Below, one piece after another: positions 46,014 to 55,765 of a DNA stretch of 64,000 bases. The stretch is from an uncultured Muribaculaceae bacterium. GTDB lineage: Bacteria > Bacillota_I > Bacilli_A > RF39 > UBA660. The notes under the pieces were generated by a model. That model made no database searches, was not told where the DNA came from, and saw only the letters and a list, made by a program, of their open reading frames with translations. The stretch covers positions 6,469-70,468 of the forward strand of contig CAYLJU010000001.1 of assembly GCA_964384115.1 (NCBI GenBank). Reading direction: 5' to 3'. A program made the translations under genes and the position numbers. The number at the start of each line of letters is the position of its first letter. Positions within the stretch are counted from its first letter, which is position 1.

Positions 46014-46842
46014 ACCATCAGCAGGTAATAAGTTTTATATTACAAAAAGCAAAGGTGGATATTCAACTTGTATTCAAGGAAAACCAACTGATGCAAATTG
46101 TAATGTATTAGCAAACTGTGTTGGATATGCTTGTGGTAGATTTAATGAAATTATTGGAAGCATGAAATATCCATCATTAAATTGCAATGCAGAAAATTTT
46201 ATTGAAAGAGCCAAAAGTTTAGGTTTAACAGTTGTATCATATCCAACATTAGGCGGTATTATGGTATGGCAAAAAGGTTCAACATTATCAGGTAATGATG
46301 GTGCAGGACATGTTGCAGTTGTTGAAAGAATAGACAGTGCAAGTAAAATCTATACATCAGAAAGTGGATATGGTTCAAGTGCATTTTGGAATTCAGTAAG
46401 AAGCAATTCAAATGGTCGTTGGGGATTAGGTTCAGGATATACTTTTAGAGGTTGTATCGTAAACCCAGCAATTGGTGATGTTCATTATGTAGCACCAACA
46501 CCATCAACACCAACTAAATCAAATGAAGAAGTTGCAAATGAAGTTATTCAAGGTAAATGGGGTAATAATCCTGAAAGAAAGCAAAGATTAACAGAAGCAG
46601 GATATGATTATAGTGCTATTCAAGCAATTGTTAATCAAAAAATGGCAGGAAATAAACCATCTGAACCAACAAAATCAAATGATGATATTCTTTTATTAGT
46701 TAAAAAGACTATTAGAGGTGATTTTGGCAATGGTGCTGATAGAAAAAATGCATTAGGTGACAAATATAATGAAGTTCAACATCAAGTTGATTTAAATTAT
46801 AAAAATGGCACTACACAATGGGATAATATAAAATTATATTAA
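45985..46842 (+). CDS. endolysin: CHAP amidase/peptidase domain + two Cpl-7-type (CW_7) cell-wall-binding repeats
   Basis: Cys ...NCVGYACG..., His ...GAGHVAVVE...; repeats EVIQGKWGNNPERKQRLTEAGYDYSAIQAIVNQ and IRGDFGNGADRKNALGDKYNEVQHQVD. Confidence 0.75.
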   Translation: MKKMQMRTSKPSAGNKFYITKSKGGYSTCIQGKPTDANCNVLANCVGYACGRFNEIIGSMKYPSLNCNAENFIERAKSLGLTVVSYPTLGGIMVWQKGSTLSGNDGAGHVAVVERIDSASKIYTSESGYGSSAFWNSVRSNSNGRWGLGSGYTFRGCIVNPAIGDVHYVAPTPSTPTKSNEEVANEVIQGKWGNNPERKQRLTEAGYDYSAIQAIVNQKMAGNKPSEPTKSNDDILLLVKKTIRGDFGNGADRKNALGDKYNEVQHQVDLNYKNGTTQWDNIKLY

Positions 46843-46874
46843 TTTATATAGTTTTAATAAGAGTGATATTTGAA

Positions 46875-46904
46875 AGGTAAGGATTTATTCCTTGCCTTTT
46901 TTTT
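46875..46904 (+). terminator. rho-independent terminator after lysis cassette
   Basis: ggtaagga-ttta-ttccttgcc + TTTTTTTT. Confidence 0.6.
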
Positions 46905-46944
46905 CGTGTTATAAAGCATAGTTTATATATAGATAACTCTAATT

Positions 46945-46967
46945 AGTAGCACACAGGTAGCCCACAA
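46945..46967. repeat. attR: two tandem 11-bp units GTAGCACACAG/GTAGCCCACAA
   Basis: AGTAGCACACAGGTAGCCCACA matches attL 16966-16987 at 21/22. Confidence 0.6.
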
Positions 46968-47006
46968 AACCCTTGTAATCCCTTTAAATTCCAATGACCA
47001 CAATTC

Positions 47007-47654
47007 TCAAAACGATAAACCAGTAACCCTTTCCATTACCTCTTTCATTATCATCATACCAATATCATTGTAATTATATTTACCACTCTCAACAACATTA
47101 ACACTAAATAAAGTATTATAAGCATCATTTAAATTATTTTTTTCATTAATTCTACCATTAGTCATAAATCTTACACCAAAACTAGTTATATCTCCAACAG
47201 TTAAATCTTTTAAATTAATAAAGCGATCATCTAAATCATATATTTTTGAATTAAATTTAAAGAATTTCTCCTTAACCAAATTATAAATTATTATTTGTGT
47301 ATAAAATTTAGAAATAGAAGCAATATCAAATAAAGCATTTTCATTCATAGCAGGTCCATTTTCATATAAATTACCACCAAGTAACTTAACATTTATGTTG
47401 CCAACATTAATTCCAATAGTATAACCAGGAAAATAATATTTTTCTCTAATATCATTTACAAATTTAACATTATCATTTATGACAAATTCAACAAGTTCTT
47501 CTGGAGTACAATCTTTATTATTTTTAATAAGATCAAGCATCAAGCAACAAGATTCCCTAATTTCATCTCGACTAGCATAAATGCCTTCTTTTCTCACACT
47601 TTCAATAAATTTATCAAATATTTTATCAATACGCATATAAATCACCAAACTCAT
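47007..47654 (-). pseudogene. N-terminal portion of the same beta-lactamase-fold serine hydrolase (SxxK and YxN boxes)
   Basis: FDIASISKFYT (SxxK), YNYNDIG (YxN-like); ends at TGA 39 nt from attR. Confidence 0.5.
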
Positions 47655-47778
47655 TATTTCATAAAAAAAGATAAAAGTAAAGAAATTTCAAATAAATAAT
47701 AGGCATTTAACGTAAATAAAAATAGTATGATATTGAAAAAAAAAACAAAAAAAACTATAATTTATATAGGTGATTCAA

Positions 47779-49113
47779 ATGTTGATACCAAAAGAATTTG
47801 AAAATAGAATGAAAGATATTATTCCTAATTATGATAAATTTATAAATGAAATGGAAAATGATAATGTAAAAGGAATAAAAGTAAATACAAATAAAATAGA
47901 AGTAGAAGAATTTTTAAAAATATTTCCATACAAATTAGAAAAAATACCATATACAAATGATGGATTTTATTTAAAAGAAAATATAAAAATAGGAAATCAT
48001 CCATATCATCATATGGGATTATTTTATAGTCAAGATCCAGGAGCTCAAGCACCAATAAATAGTATTGAAATAAAAGAAGATTATAAAGTATTAGATTTAT
48101 GCGCAGCTCCAGGCGGAAAAAGTATTCAAATAGCATCAAAATTAAAAAAAGGATTTTTAATATCAAATGAATACAATTCCAAAAGAGCCCAAATATTATA
48201 TAGTAATATTGAAAGAATGGGATTAACAAATGTAATAGTAACAAATTCTGATGTTAATACTTTAAAAGAAGTATATCAAGGATATTTTGATTTAGTTGTT
48301 ATAGATGCACCATGTTCAGGTGAAGGAATGTTTAGAAAGAATATAGAAGCATTAAATGAGTGGAGTTTAGAAAATATTGAATTATGTATTAAAAGACAAA
48401 AAGAAATATTGAAAAACGCTAAAGATATGGTAAAAGAAAATGGATATATCTTATATTCAACCTGTACATATGAATTAGAAGAAAATGAAAAAATGATTGA
48501 ATGGTTTGTTAAAAATTATAATTATGAAATCAAAGAATTAAATAAAAAAATAGACAATTATACTATAAAAGGAATAAAAACATCAGAAAATACCGATAAA
48601 TCCAGAAGATTTTATCCACATATTTCAAAAGGTGAAGGACAATTTATGTGTCTACTACAAAATAAAAATAAAATAGAAGAAAAAGTTAAACTAAAACAAA
48701 AGAATTATCCAACACCAAAAGAACAAAAAATAATCGATGAATTTTTAGAAAATTTAGAAATCAAATTAGAAACAAATATTCAAAATAATAAAGTATTTCA
48801 AGCAGTAACTGAAATACCAGATAAAATTCATGTAATATCTTCAGGAGTTCAAATAGGTGAAATAAAAAATAATTATATATATCCAAATCATTATCTGTTT
48901 TCTGCATATGGAAAATATTTCAAAAATAAATGCAATCTTACTATAAATGATGAAAGAGTGTTAAAATATTTAAAAGGTGAAGAAATAGAAGCAAATGTAC
49001 CAAATGGTTGGGGTGTTATAACAGTAGAAGGCTATCCGCTTGGTGGTTATAAAGCAACAAATGGAAAACTTAAAAACCATTATCCGAAAGGACTAAGAAA
49101 CATATGCAAATAG
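47779..49113 (+). CDS. RsmB/RsmF-family (NOL1/NOP2/Sun) rRNA cytosine-C5 methyltransferase
   Basis: SAM motif DLCAAPGGKS, catalytic DAPCSGEGMFRK; start ATG 47779 behind AGGTGA. Confidence 0.75.
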   Translation: MLIPKEFENRMKDIIPNYDKFINEMENDNVKGIKVNTNKIEVEEFLKIFPYKLEKIPYTNDGFYLKENIKIGNHPYHHMGLFYSQDPGAQAPINSIEIKEDYKVLDLCAAPGGKSIQIASKLKKGFLISNEYNSKRAQILYSNIERMGLTNVIVTNSDVNTLKEVYQGYFDLVVIDAPCSGEGMFRKNIEALNEWSLENIELCIKRQKEILKNAKDMVKENGYILYSTCTYELEENEKMIEWFVKNYNYEIKELNKKIDNYTIKGIKTSENTDKSRRFYPHISKGEGQFMCLLQNKNKIEEKVKLKQKNYPTPKEQKIIDEFLENLEIKLETNIQNNKVFQAVTEIPDKIHVISSGVQIGEIKNNYIYPNHYLFSAYGKYFKNKCNLTINDERVLKYLKGEEIEANVPNGWGVITVEGYPLGGYKATNGKLKNHYPKGLRNICK

Positions 49114-50126
49114 ATTTAATATTAATAATATTATCAATATTATTTACAATAGGAATAGAAGAAATATATAAAGTTAAAAAAAACGAAAATGAAAAACAAG
49201 TTATACCAAAACTATCACCAGCAGAATTAAAATATAATTCTAAAGGAGTAGTAAATGAAAGAGATTTAACATCAATAATACTTGAACTAGGCCAAAAAAA
49301 ATACCTAAAAATAGTTGCTGATGATGAAATGAAAATCATAAAATTAAGAAAATATAAAGAAAAAAATAAAAGTGAAGAATTAATGTATAAAGCTCTATTT
49401 AAAAAAGGAAATGTTATAAAAGTGAGTGAATTACATAAAAATTTATACAAAGATATAAGTGAAATAGTACATGCTATAGATAATAAAGAATTAAGAAAAA
49501 GTATTAATGAACAAGAAGATTTAACACTAAATAACACTTTAGTATTACTAACATTAATCATATTTTTTATAACAAATATCCATTTACCATATAATAAATT
49601 TAAAATAATAGCAATAACAATAATGACATGGGCATCATTCATATCATTAGTAAGAGTATATACAACAAAAAACAGTAAAAGATCAAAAATATTAGTGTCA
49701 GTATTGTCCATAATGGTAGGACTACCATTTTACATGATGAGTGTATCAAAAATAATGAATAATATAAATAATATAGCTATATTTATATTAGGACATATAG
49801 GAGTATTCTTTATAATAAAATCCTTAAATTTATTAACCCCAAAAACAAAAACAGGATTAGAATTAAAAACAGAATCAGAAAATTTTAATAATTATTTAAT
49901 AAATATAACAAAAGAAGAAATATCTAAAAAACTAAAAGAAAATCCTAACTTTTTAGAAATCACATTCCCATATGCATATGCATTTAATCACACACTTAAA
50001 TGGCGTATATTACTAAAAAAATACGATAAAAATCTCAAATGGTTTGAAGGAAATGAATTTGAACTAACAGAATGTTTAATCAAAATAAAAAATCAAATAG
50101 TAAAATCAGGTCATAAGGAGGAATAA
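49104..50126 (+). CDS. hypothetical polytopic membrane protein
   Basis: multiple TM segments. Confidence 0.35.
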   Translation: MQIDLILIILSILFTIGIEEIYKVKKNENEKQVIPKLSPAELKYNSKGVVNERDLTSIILELGQKKYLKIVADDEMKIIKLRKYKEKNKSEELMYKALFKKGNVIKVSELHKNLYKDISEIVHAIDNKELRKSINEQEDLTLNNTLVLLTLIIFFITNIHLPYNKFKIIAITIMTWASFISLVRVYTTKNSKRSKILVSVLSIMVGLPFYMMSVSKIMNNINNIAIFILGHIGVFFIIKSLNLLTPKTKTGLELKTESENFNNYLINITKEEISKKLKENPNFLEITFPYAYAFNHTLKWRILLKKYDKNLKWFEGNEFELTECLIKIKNQIVKSGHKEE

Positions 50127-50127
50127 A

Positions 50128-50592
50128 ATGAAAGAAATAGTTGAACTATTAACACAAAAAAAAGAAACAATTGCTACAATGGAATCATGTACAGGCGGAT
50201 ACATAGTAAATGAAATAACCAACATAGAAGGTGCATCAAATGTTTTAAACTTTAGCGCAGTTACATACTCAAATGAATATAAAATTAAAATGGGAGTACC
50301 AAAAAAAACAATTGAAAAATATTCAGTCTATAGTATTGAAACAGCAATTGAAATGGCAAAAGCAATATCTAAGTATGCAAATTCAACATATGGAATAGGA
50401 ATAACTGGCCAATTAGGGAAAAAAGATCAAAATAATGAATCAAGTGACGATAGTACAATTTACATATGTATATATAACAGTAAAAATGATAAAAAACAAA
50501 CAATAACATTACAAGCAGAAGAAACAAGAATTAAAAGTAAACAAAAAATATGTTATATAATACAAAAAATATTAAAAGAATTTATAAATTAA
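50128..50592 (+). CDS. CinA C-terminal domain protein (PncC-like NMN deamidase)
   Basis: ...TIATMESCTGGYIVNEITNIEGAS... CinA-C signature. Confidence 0.7.
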   Translation: MKEIVELLTQKKETIATMESCTGGYIVNEITNIEGASNVLNFSAVTYSNEYKIKMGVPKKTIEKYSVYSIETAIEMAKAISKYANSTYGIGITGQLGKKDQNNESSDDSTIYICIYNSKNDKKQTITLQAEETRIKSKQKICYIIQKILKEFIN

Positions 50593-50613
50593 CTCTAAAA
50601 AGAGTTTTTTTTT
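50591..50613 (+). terminator. rho-independent terminator
   Basis: aactct-aaaa-agagtt + TTTTTTTTT. Confidence 0.6.
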
Positions 50614-50653
50614 ATAAAATATGATATACTTAAAATATAATATGGAGGAGTAA

Positions 50654-51739
50654 ATGAATAAAGTTAGTATAATAGCATTAGAATCCATCAAAGAATTAGC
50701 ACTAAAAACAAATGATTATTTAAAAAAAATAAATAATCAAAAAGAAAATTATCTTATCGAAACAGAAGAAATTAGATTCAGTAACGGTGAAGGTAAAATA
50801 AAATTATTAAGTACTATAAGAGGTCATGAAGTATATATCATGACAGATATAGGAAATCATAGTATCAAATATCAAATGTATGGAAAAGAAAACTATAAAT
50901 CACCAGACGATCATTTTCAAGACACCAAAAGAGTAATATCAGCAATAAGAGGACATGCATCAAGCATAACAGTAATAATGCCACTACTATATTCATCAAG
51001 ACAACATCGAAGAAAAGGACGTGAATCACTCGACTGCGCTCTAGCTTTAAAGGAAATAGAGAACCTAGGAGTTAAAAGTATTATAACATTTGATGTACAC
51101 GATGAAAATATTCAAAATGTTGTACCATTAATGGCATTTGAAAATTTTTTTCCAACAGTTAACATAATAAACGAAATATTAAAAAATGAACAAATAGATT
51201 ATGAAAATACTATAATAATAAGCCCAGATACAGGTGCATTTAATAGAGCCCGCTATTATGCAGATATGTTAAAAGTTGATGTCGGATTATTCCATAAAAG
51301 AAGAGATTTAACACAAGTAATAAATGGAAAAAATCCAGTAATTGCCCATGAATACTTAGGAAAAAACGTCATGAACAAAGATTGTATTGTAGTAGATGAT
51401 ATGATAGCATCAGGAGAATCAATGTTAGATGTAGCAAAAGAATTAAAGAAAAGAGGAGCTAGAAATATATATCTAGCATCAACATTCGGACTATTTTGTA
51501 ACGGAAAACAAGTATTCAATGAAGAATATGAAAAAAAATCATTTGCTAGGGTATATACAACAAACTTGACATATGTAGATGATGAAATAAAAAATTCACC
51601 TTGGTATAAATCAGTAGATTGTTCTATATTTATAGGAAAAATAATAAATGAATTAAGTAAAAACTCATCAATAACACCACTATTACAAGGTGATCCAGAA
51701 ATAGTTGAACAAGTCCAAAAAAAATTACTCAAAAAGTAA
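50654..51739 (+). CDS. ribose-phosphate pyrophosphokinase family protein (Prs-like, extended)
   Basis: ...FSNGEGKIKLLSTIRGHEVYIM... and PRPP-binding VVDDMIASGESM. Confidence 0.6.
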   Translation: MNKVSIIALESIKELALKTNDYLKKINNQKENYLIETEEIRFSNGEGKIKLLSTIRGHEVYIMTDIGNHSIKYQMYGKENYKSPDDHFQDTKRVISAIRGHASSITVIMPLLYSSRQHRRKGRESLDCALALKEIENLGVKSIITFDVHDENIQNVVPLMAFENFFPTVNIINEILKNEQIDYENTIIISPDTGAFNRARYYADMLKVDVGLFHKRRDLTQVINGKNPVIAHEYLGKNVMNKDCIVVDDMIASGESMLDVAKELKKRGARNIYLASTFGLFCNGKQVFNEEYEKKSFARVYTTNLTYVDDEIKNSPWYKSVDCSIFIGKIINELSKNSSITPLLQGDPEIVEQVQKKLLKK

Positions 51740-51778
51740 TTTTTTTTTTATAAAACCATAAACTTAAATGGTGATAAT

Positions 51779-52558
51779 ATGCTATTCATAAAAGGACTCA
51801 TAATTGGACTAGGAAAAATTTTACCAGGCGTAAGTGGATCATTAATGGCAATATCAATGAAATTATATGAACCATTATTAGAAAGCATTAATTCATTTTT
51901 TAAAAATCCCAAAAAAAACATTAAATTTTTATTGCTCATATTATCTGGAATAATAGTATCTATAATTATATTTAGTAAAATAATATCAATTCTATTAGAA
52001 AAGTATTATTTTTCAATTTTATTACTTTTTATAGGCTTAATAATTGGTTCAATAGACTTTAATATTAAAGAATTCAAAACAAAAAAAACATCTAAAATCA
52101 TAATATTTGTTATCTTCTTTACATTAATTATATTAATAAATAAACTATCATTAAACATAACATTAAAAGACACCTTCTTTACAAATATATTATTAGGTAT
52201 AATTGAAGCAATATCAACCATAATACCTGGAATTAGTGGAACAGCAATATTTATTGTTTTAAAAAAATATGAAATGATACTAAACATGTTATCAAATCCT
52301 ATAACAAATATTAATATATTAATACCATTTTTAATCGGAATAATAATCGGTATAATTTTAATAACAAAATTAATAATATACATATCAAAAAAACATCCAA
52401 TAATATTTATAATAATAATAAAAGCATTTACATTATCAACACTATTGATAATGTATTTAAATACCATTACAATTAATAAAACAATAAAAGATATAATAAT
52501 AGGGGAGATATTATTAATAATAGGATGCATATTATCAAAAAAAATGAATAATTTATAA
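51779..52558 (+). CDS. DUF368 family membrane protein
   Basis: ...GKILPGVSGSLMAI... and second ...IIPGISGTAIFIV... repeat. Confidence 0.6.
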   Translation: MLFIKGLIIGLGKILPGVSGSLMAISMKLYEPLLESINSFFKNPKKNIKFLLLILSGIIVSIIIFSKIISILLEKYYFSILLLFIGLIIGSIDFNIKEFKTKKTSKIIIFVIFFTLIILINKLSLNITLKDTFFTNILLGIIEAISTIIPGISGTAIFIVLKKYEMILNMLSNPITNINILIPFLIGIIIGIILITKLIIYISKKHPIIFIIIIKAFTLSTLLIMYLNTITINKTIKDIIIGEILLIIGCILSKKMNNL

Positions 52559-52569
52559 TAGGTGACTAT

Positions 52570-52863
52570 ATGAAAGAAAACTTATTTGTTAACAAATTTG
52601 ATAAAGAATTCAAAAACAATGAAAAAGTATTTTATTCAAAAGGAAGTAATATAACTAGAAGTACTGAAAAAGTAGACGTAAAAAAACAAATATCAGATAT
52701 TTTTAAAGCAAACGATTTTGTATATAAAGCTGATGTAACAATAACAACAAAAGATAAAAAATTTAATACAACAATAATAGCTAGAAACAAAAATTCTTTA
52801 ATAACATTAGATAATGAAATAATAAAAATAAGTGATATCTTAGACATAAAAAAAGTAGTATAA
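52570..52863 (+). CDS. hypothetical protein
   Basis: ORF with RBS. Confidence 0.3.
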   Translation: MKENLFVNKFDKEFKNNEKVFYSKGSNITRSTEKVDVKKQISDIFKANDFVYKADVTITTKDKKFNTTIIARNKNSLITLDNEIIKISDILDIKKVV

Positions 52864-52865
52864 AA

Positions 52866-54197
52866 CTACTTGTATAAATAAGTATATTTATAACTTATTT
52901 TTTTTGTATTATCAAGTCTAAATTCTTCTAAACTCTTTCCAACAGCACTTTCAAATTCGTCTTTAGAAACATAATTATCTAAAACTAAAAAGTTAATATC
53001 TCTATAAAAAGCTCTATAACGATAATAAATATCAGTATCAATAGTTCTATAATCATAACTAGTAGGAACACTACTATCCCAATTAGACCATTTAGTATAA
53101 CTAGTCATCAAAAGATCTTTATAATTGTAACCATTAGGTTTATAAGTGGAATAATTATAATAGTAATCTCTTTTATCGCCATTATACCATCTCCAAGTTT
53201 CATCACGATATGAATACATTTTAGCAGCTTCATCATAAGAAGGATATTGATCACTAGGCTTATTAACAGAATATGCCCCACCATTCCAGTAATGTCTGTT
53301 TTTATTTTCATCAACATAATACCACCTATAACCAGTAGAACTCTTGATATGTCTATATTCCTTTTCAGTAGGATAGTTTAAAGACCATTCAGACCATTCT
53401 GTATATTTTAGCGTATCTTCATCTTTATAAGCATAACCATTTGGTTTAACGGAATACCATTCATTAGTGTATTGATTATTATTATTTTTATACCATTTCC
53501 AAGTTTTATCACGATAACTATAGAAAGTTTTATATTCAATATCATACTTTAAAACTTCAGAAGTTTCTGGAATAGAAGGATAATACTTAGCATCATTTGG
53601 CAATTTAATGCCATATTGCTCACTTACAGAATCACTTATATAACTAGAAGGATACCAATCTGTCCATTTTGTATAAAATGTTTCAGCATTATAATAATTA
53701 TATTTAACATCAACATCAACAAGTTTAGAATTAACAAAAGTATTACTTTCTTTCCATGAACCATATCTTTTATTAGTTGAACAGTACGAACAATTAGTAA
53801 TATCAAAAGTTTTAATTATTTTACCATCAGCCATTGTAAATTTAACAGTACCACTACAAACATTACCATTTGATAATTCAGAATAGCCACTAGCATACAC
53901 ATCATTAATATCTACATAAATAGAATCACTTTCATTTATATTAAGCAAATTATTATTTTCAGCATATTCATAAGCATAATCAAGAAATTTATTCTCAATA
54001 TTATTACATTTATTATTTTTATACATATTAAAACCGATAAAAAAAGCAACAACAATAACTATAATCGAGCCAATCATATAAATAATTGTATAATCTTTTT
54101 TTTCTACATATTTTACAACAGTTTTAGGTCTATTTTCCTGAAAATTAAGTCTCATCTTTATCAGCCTACTTTCTACAAATAATATTACCATAATCAT
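52866..54197 (-). CDS. N-terminally anchored Trp/Tyr-rich repeat protein (surface protein)
   Basis: TM near N-terminus; internal repeats YSYRDKTWKWYKNN...YKPNGY..Y..WS.W. Confidence 0.4.
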   Translation of the reverse strand: MIMVILFVESRLIKMRLNFQENRPKTVVKYVEKKDYTIIYMIGSIIVIVVAFFIGFNMYKNNKCNNIENKFLDYAYEYAENNNLLNINESDSIYVDINDVYASGYSELSNGNVCSGTVKFTMADGKIIKTFDITNCSYCSTNKRYGSWKESNTFVNSKLVDVDVKYNYYNAETFYTKWTDWYPSSYISDSVSEQYGIKLPNDAKYYPSIPETSEVLKYDIEYKTFYSYRDKTWKWYKNNNNQYTNEWYSVKPNGYAYKDEDTLKYTEWSEWSLNYPTEKEYRHIKSSTGYRWYYVDENKNRHYWNGGAYSVNKPSDQYPSYDEAAKMYSYRDETWRWYNGDKRDYYYNYSTYKPNGYNYKDLLMTSYTKWSNWDSSVPTSYDYRTIDTDIYYRYRAFYRDINFLVLDNYVSKDEFESAVGKSLEEFRLDNTKKISYKYTYLYK

Positions 54198-54240
54198 AAA
54201 AAAAACTCAATAAAAAAGCAGAAATTAATCTGCTTAAAAA

Positions 54241-54660
54241 TTAAATGCAAGTAACACAAGTATCATTTAAACATCTAATCACGCAACAACACTCTAAATC
54301 CATTGTAAAAAATGAATTTGTCGCTACATAAGGACATTCAGCATCTTCTTCAGTATTAGGAACAAGAACTCTAAATGTAGCACAGTTGCCATCAACCTTT
54401 TCAACTCTAAAAACATTTGATGTAACAGTTTCATTTGGGTTATCCCTTGAAACAGGCATACTCCAAGCAGTACCATTACCACAACAAGTATAAAGCATGA
54501 CAGGACGAGTATTGCATCCAACACTAGAAATATTACATCCCAAGAATCCACGATCACAAGTATCTAAACAAGTATCACCGCATTCTGCATTTTGCTGAAG
54601 TGTATTGATAACTCTAAGGATTTTAGCAATGCATCCACAACAGTCTTCCATATAATCCAC
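54241..54660 (-). CDS. cysteine-rich spore coat protein, CotZ/CotY family-like
   Basis: ...VFRVEKVDGNCATF...DLECCCVIRCLN parallels CotZ VFFRVERVHGSCATL...DLDCFCAINCLN. Confidence 0.55.
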   Translation of the reverse strand: MDYMEDCCGCIAKILRVINTLQQNAECGDTCLDTCDRGFLGCNISSVGCNTRPVMLYTCCGNGTAWSMPVSRDNPNETVTSNVFRVEKVDGNCATFRVLVPNTEEDAECPYVATNSFFTMDLECCCVIRCLNDTCVTCI

Positions 54661-54732
54661 CCCTTCTTTATTATCTATTACAATATATTCAATTGTTAGA
54701 TAAAATGTGTGAATAATAAGCCTAAAATATAA

Positions 54733-55527
54733 TTAATTAACCATTTTGGCATGTACAACTAACTTAATACCACTACTAGAAGAATTATAACATGTTGAAA
54801 GTGTAATTATTTTTTCATCATTTACATCAACATTAAAATCAATAAAACTTCTTCCCATAATCAATTGAATAAAATCATTATAATCATCAGTAAAATCAAT
54901 GTTTAAATAATCAGTAGTTGTTTTAATCTTATAAACAGAAAAAATCTGAAATTTATAATCTTTAATAGAAGTACTAAAATAAATATATTTATTTTCCTCA
55001 TTATTATACCAATCTTTATTAAGTAAATTATTTAAATCACCAAACATAATACCAACACTAGTATTATGACCATAAATAATAGTATTTTTTGATAAATCAG
55101 GAAATTCATTTCTATAATCAGCAAAAATCCAACCATAAACATTATTTTTTTTATAAAAATCATTTTTTAAATAAAACTTATTATCATTACTCCTTACAAC
55201 TGGATAATCAATAACAGTATTAGGTAATTTTATCCAGCCAACAGTATCACTATTTTTTTTAATCAAAGAATCAAAATCAATTGAATTTTGATTATTATTA
55301 GAAAGTTCACGAACAATACTTTTAGCCTCATTAAAATCAGTATTATTATCAACAATAATCTTTATAAAATAACCAGAAGTAACAAGCAGAATAATTGTAA
55401 AAATACTTATAAAAAAACTCCATAATCTGCGCAAATGATTCTTTTCTTTTTTAACCTTATTTTGATCAGAAACACTATCTATATAATTAAGTAAATCATC
55501 AAACTTTTTATCCAATTTTATCACCAT
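54733..55527 (-). CDS. sortase-family transpeptidase-like protein (class B-like, TLSTC motif)
   Basis: N-terminal TM, ...IIYGHN..., ...ITLSTC...; canonical Arg after Cys not evident. Confidence 0.45.
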   Translation of the reverse strand: MVIKLDKKFDDLLNYIDSVSDQNKVKKEKNHLRRLWSFFISIFTIILLVTSGYFIKIIVDNNTDFNEAKSIVRELSNNNQNSIDFDSLIKKNSDTVGWIKLPNTVIDYPVVRSNDNKFYLKNDFYKKNNVYGWIFADYRNEFPDLSKNTIIYGHNTSVGIMFGDLNNLLNKDWYNNEENKYIYFSTSIKDYKFQIFSVYKIKTTTDYLNIDFTDDYNDFIQLIMGRSFIDFNVDVNDEKIITLSTCYNSSSSGIKLVVHAKMVN

Positions 55528-55765
55528 AATAATTATACAAAATATACATTTACAAGTAAAGTGTCAAACTCAAAAATTGAACTTGAATAAATAAATAGAT
55601 TGTGGTAAATTATAAATAGAGAAACTATTATCAGTGTTACGTATATGCTGGGCGAATATACTAACCATAACTGCTTTAACTATAATAGTTTATAAACATA
55701 AATATGCCATTATTTATGTTTATTAAATGGGCTTAAAAAGTCCTTTTTGCGTAAGGAGAGAAATT

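Larger units (their letters stand above)
16956..46967 (+). mobile_element. ~30 kb temperate siphovirus-type prophage (integrase to endolysin) carrying a DGR
   Basis: Direct repeats at both ends; int + cI at left; complete replication, packaging, HK97-type head, long-tail and lysis modules in canonical order. Confidence 0.85.
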
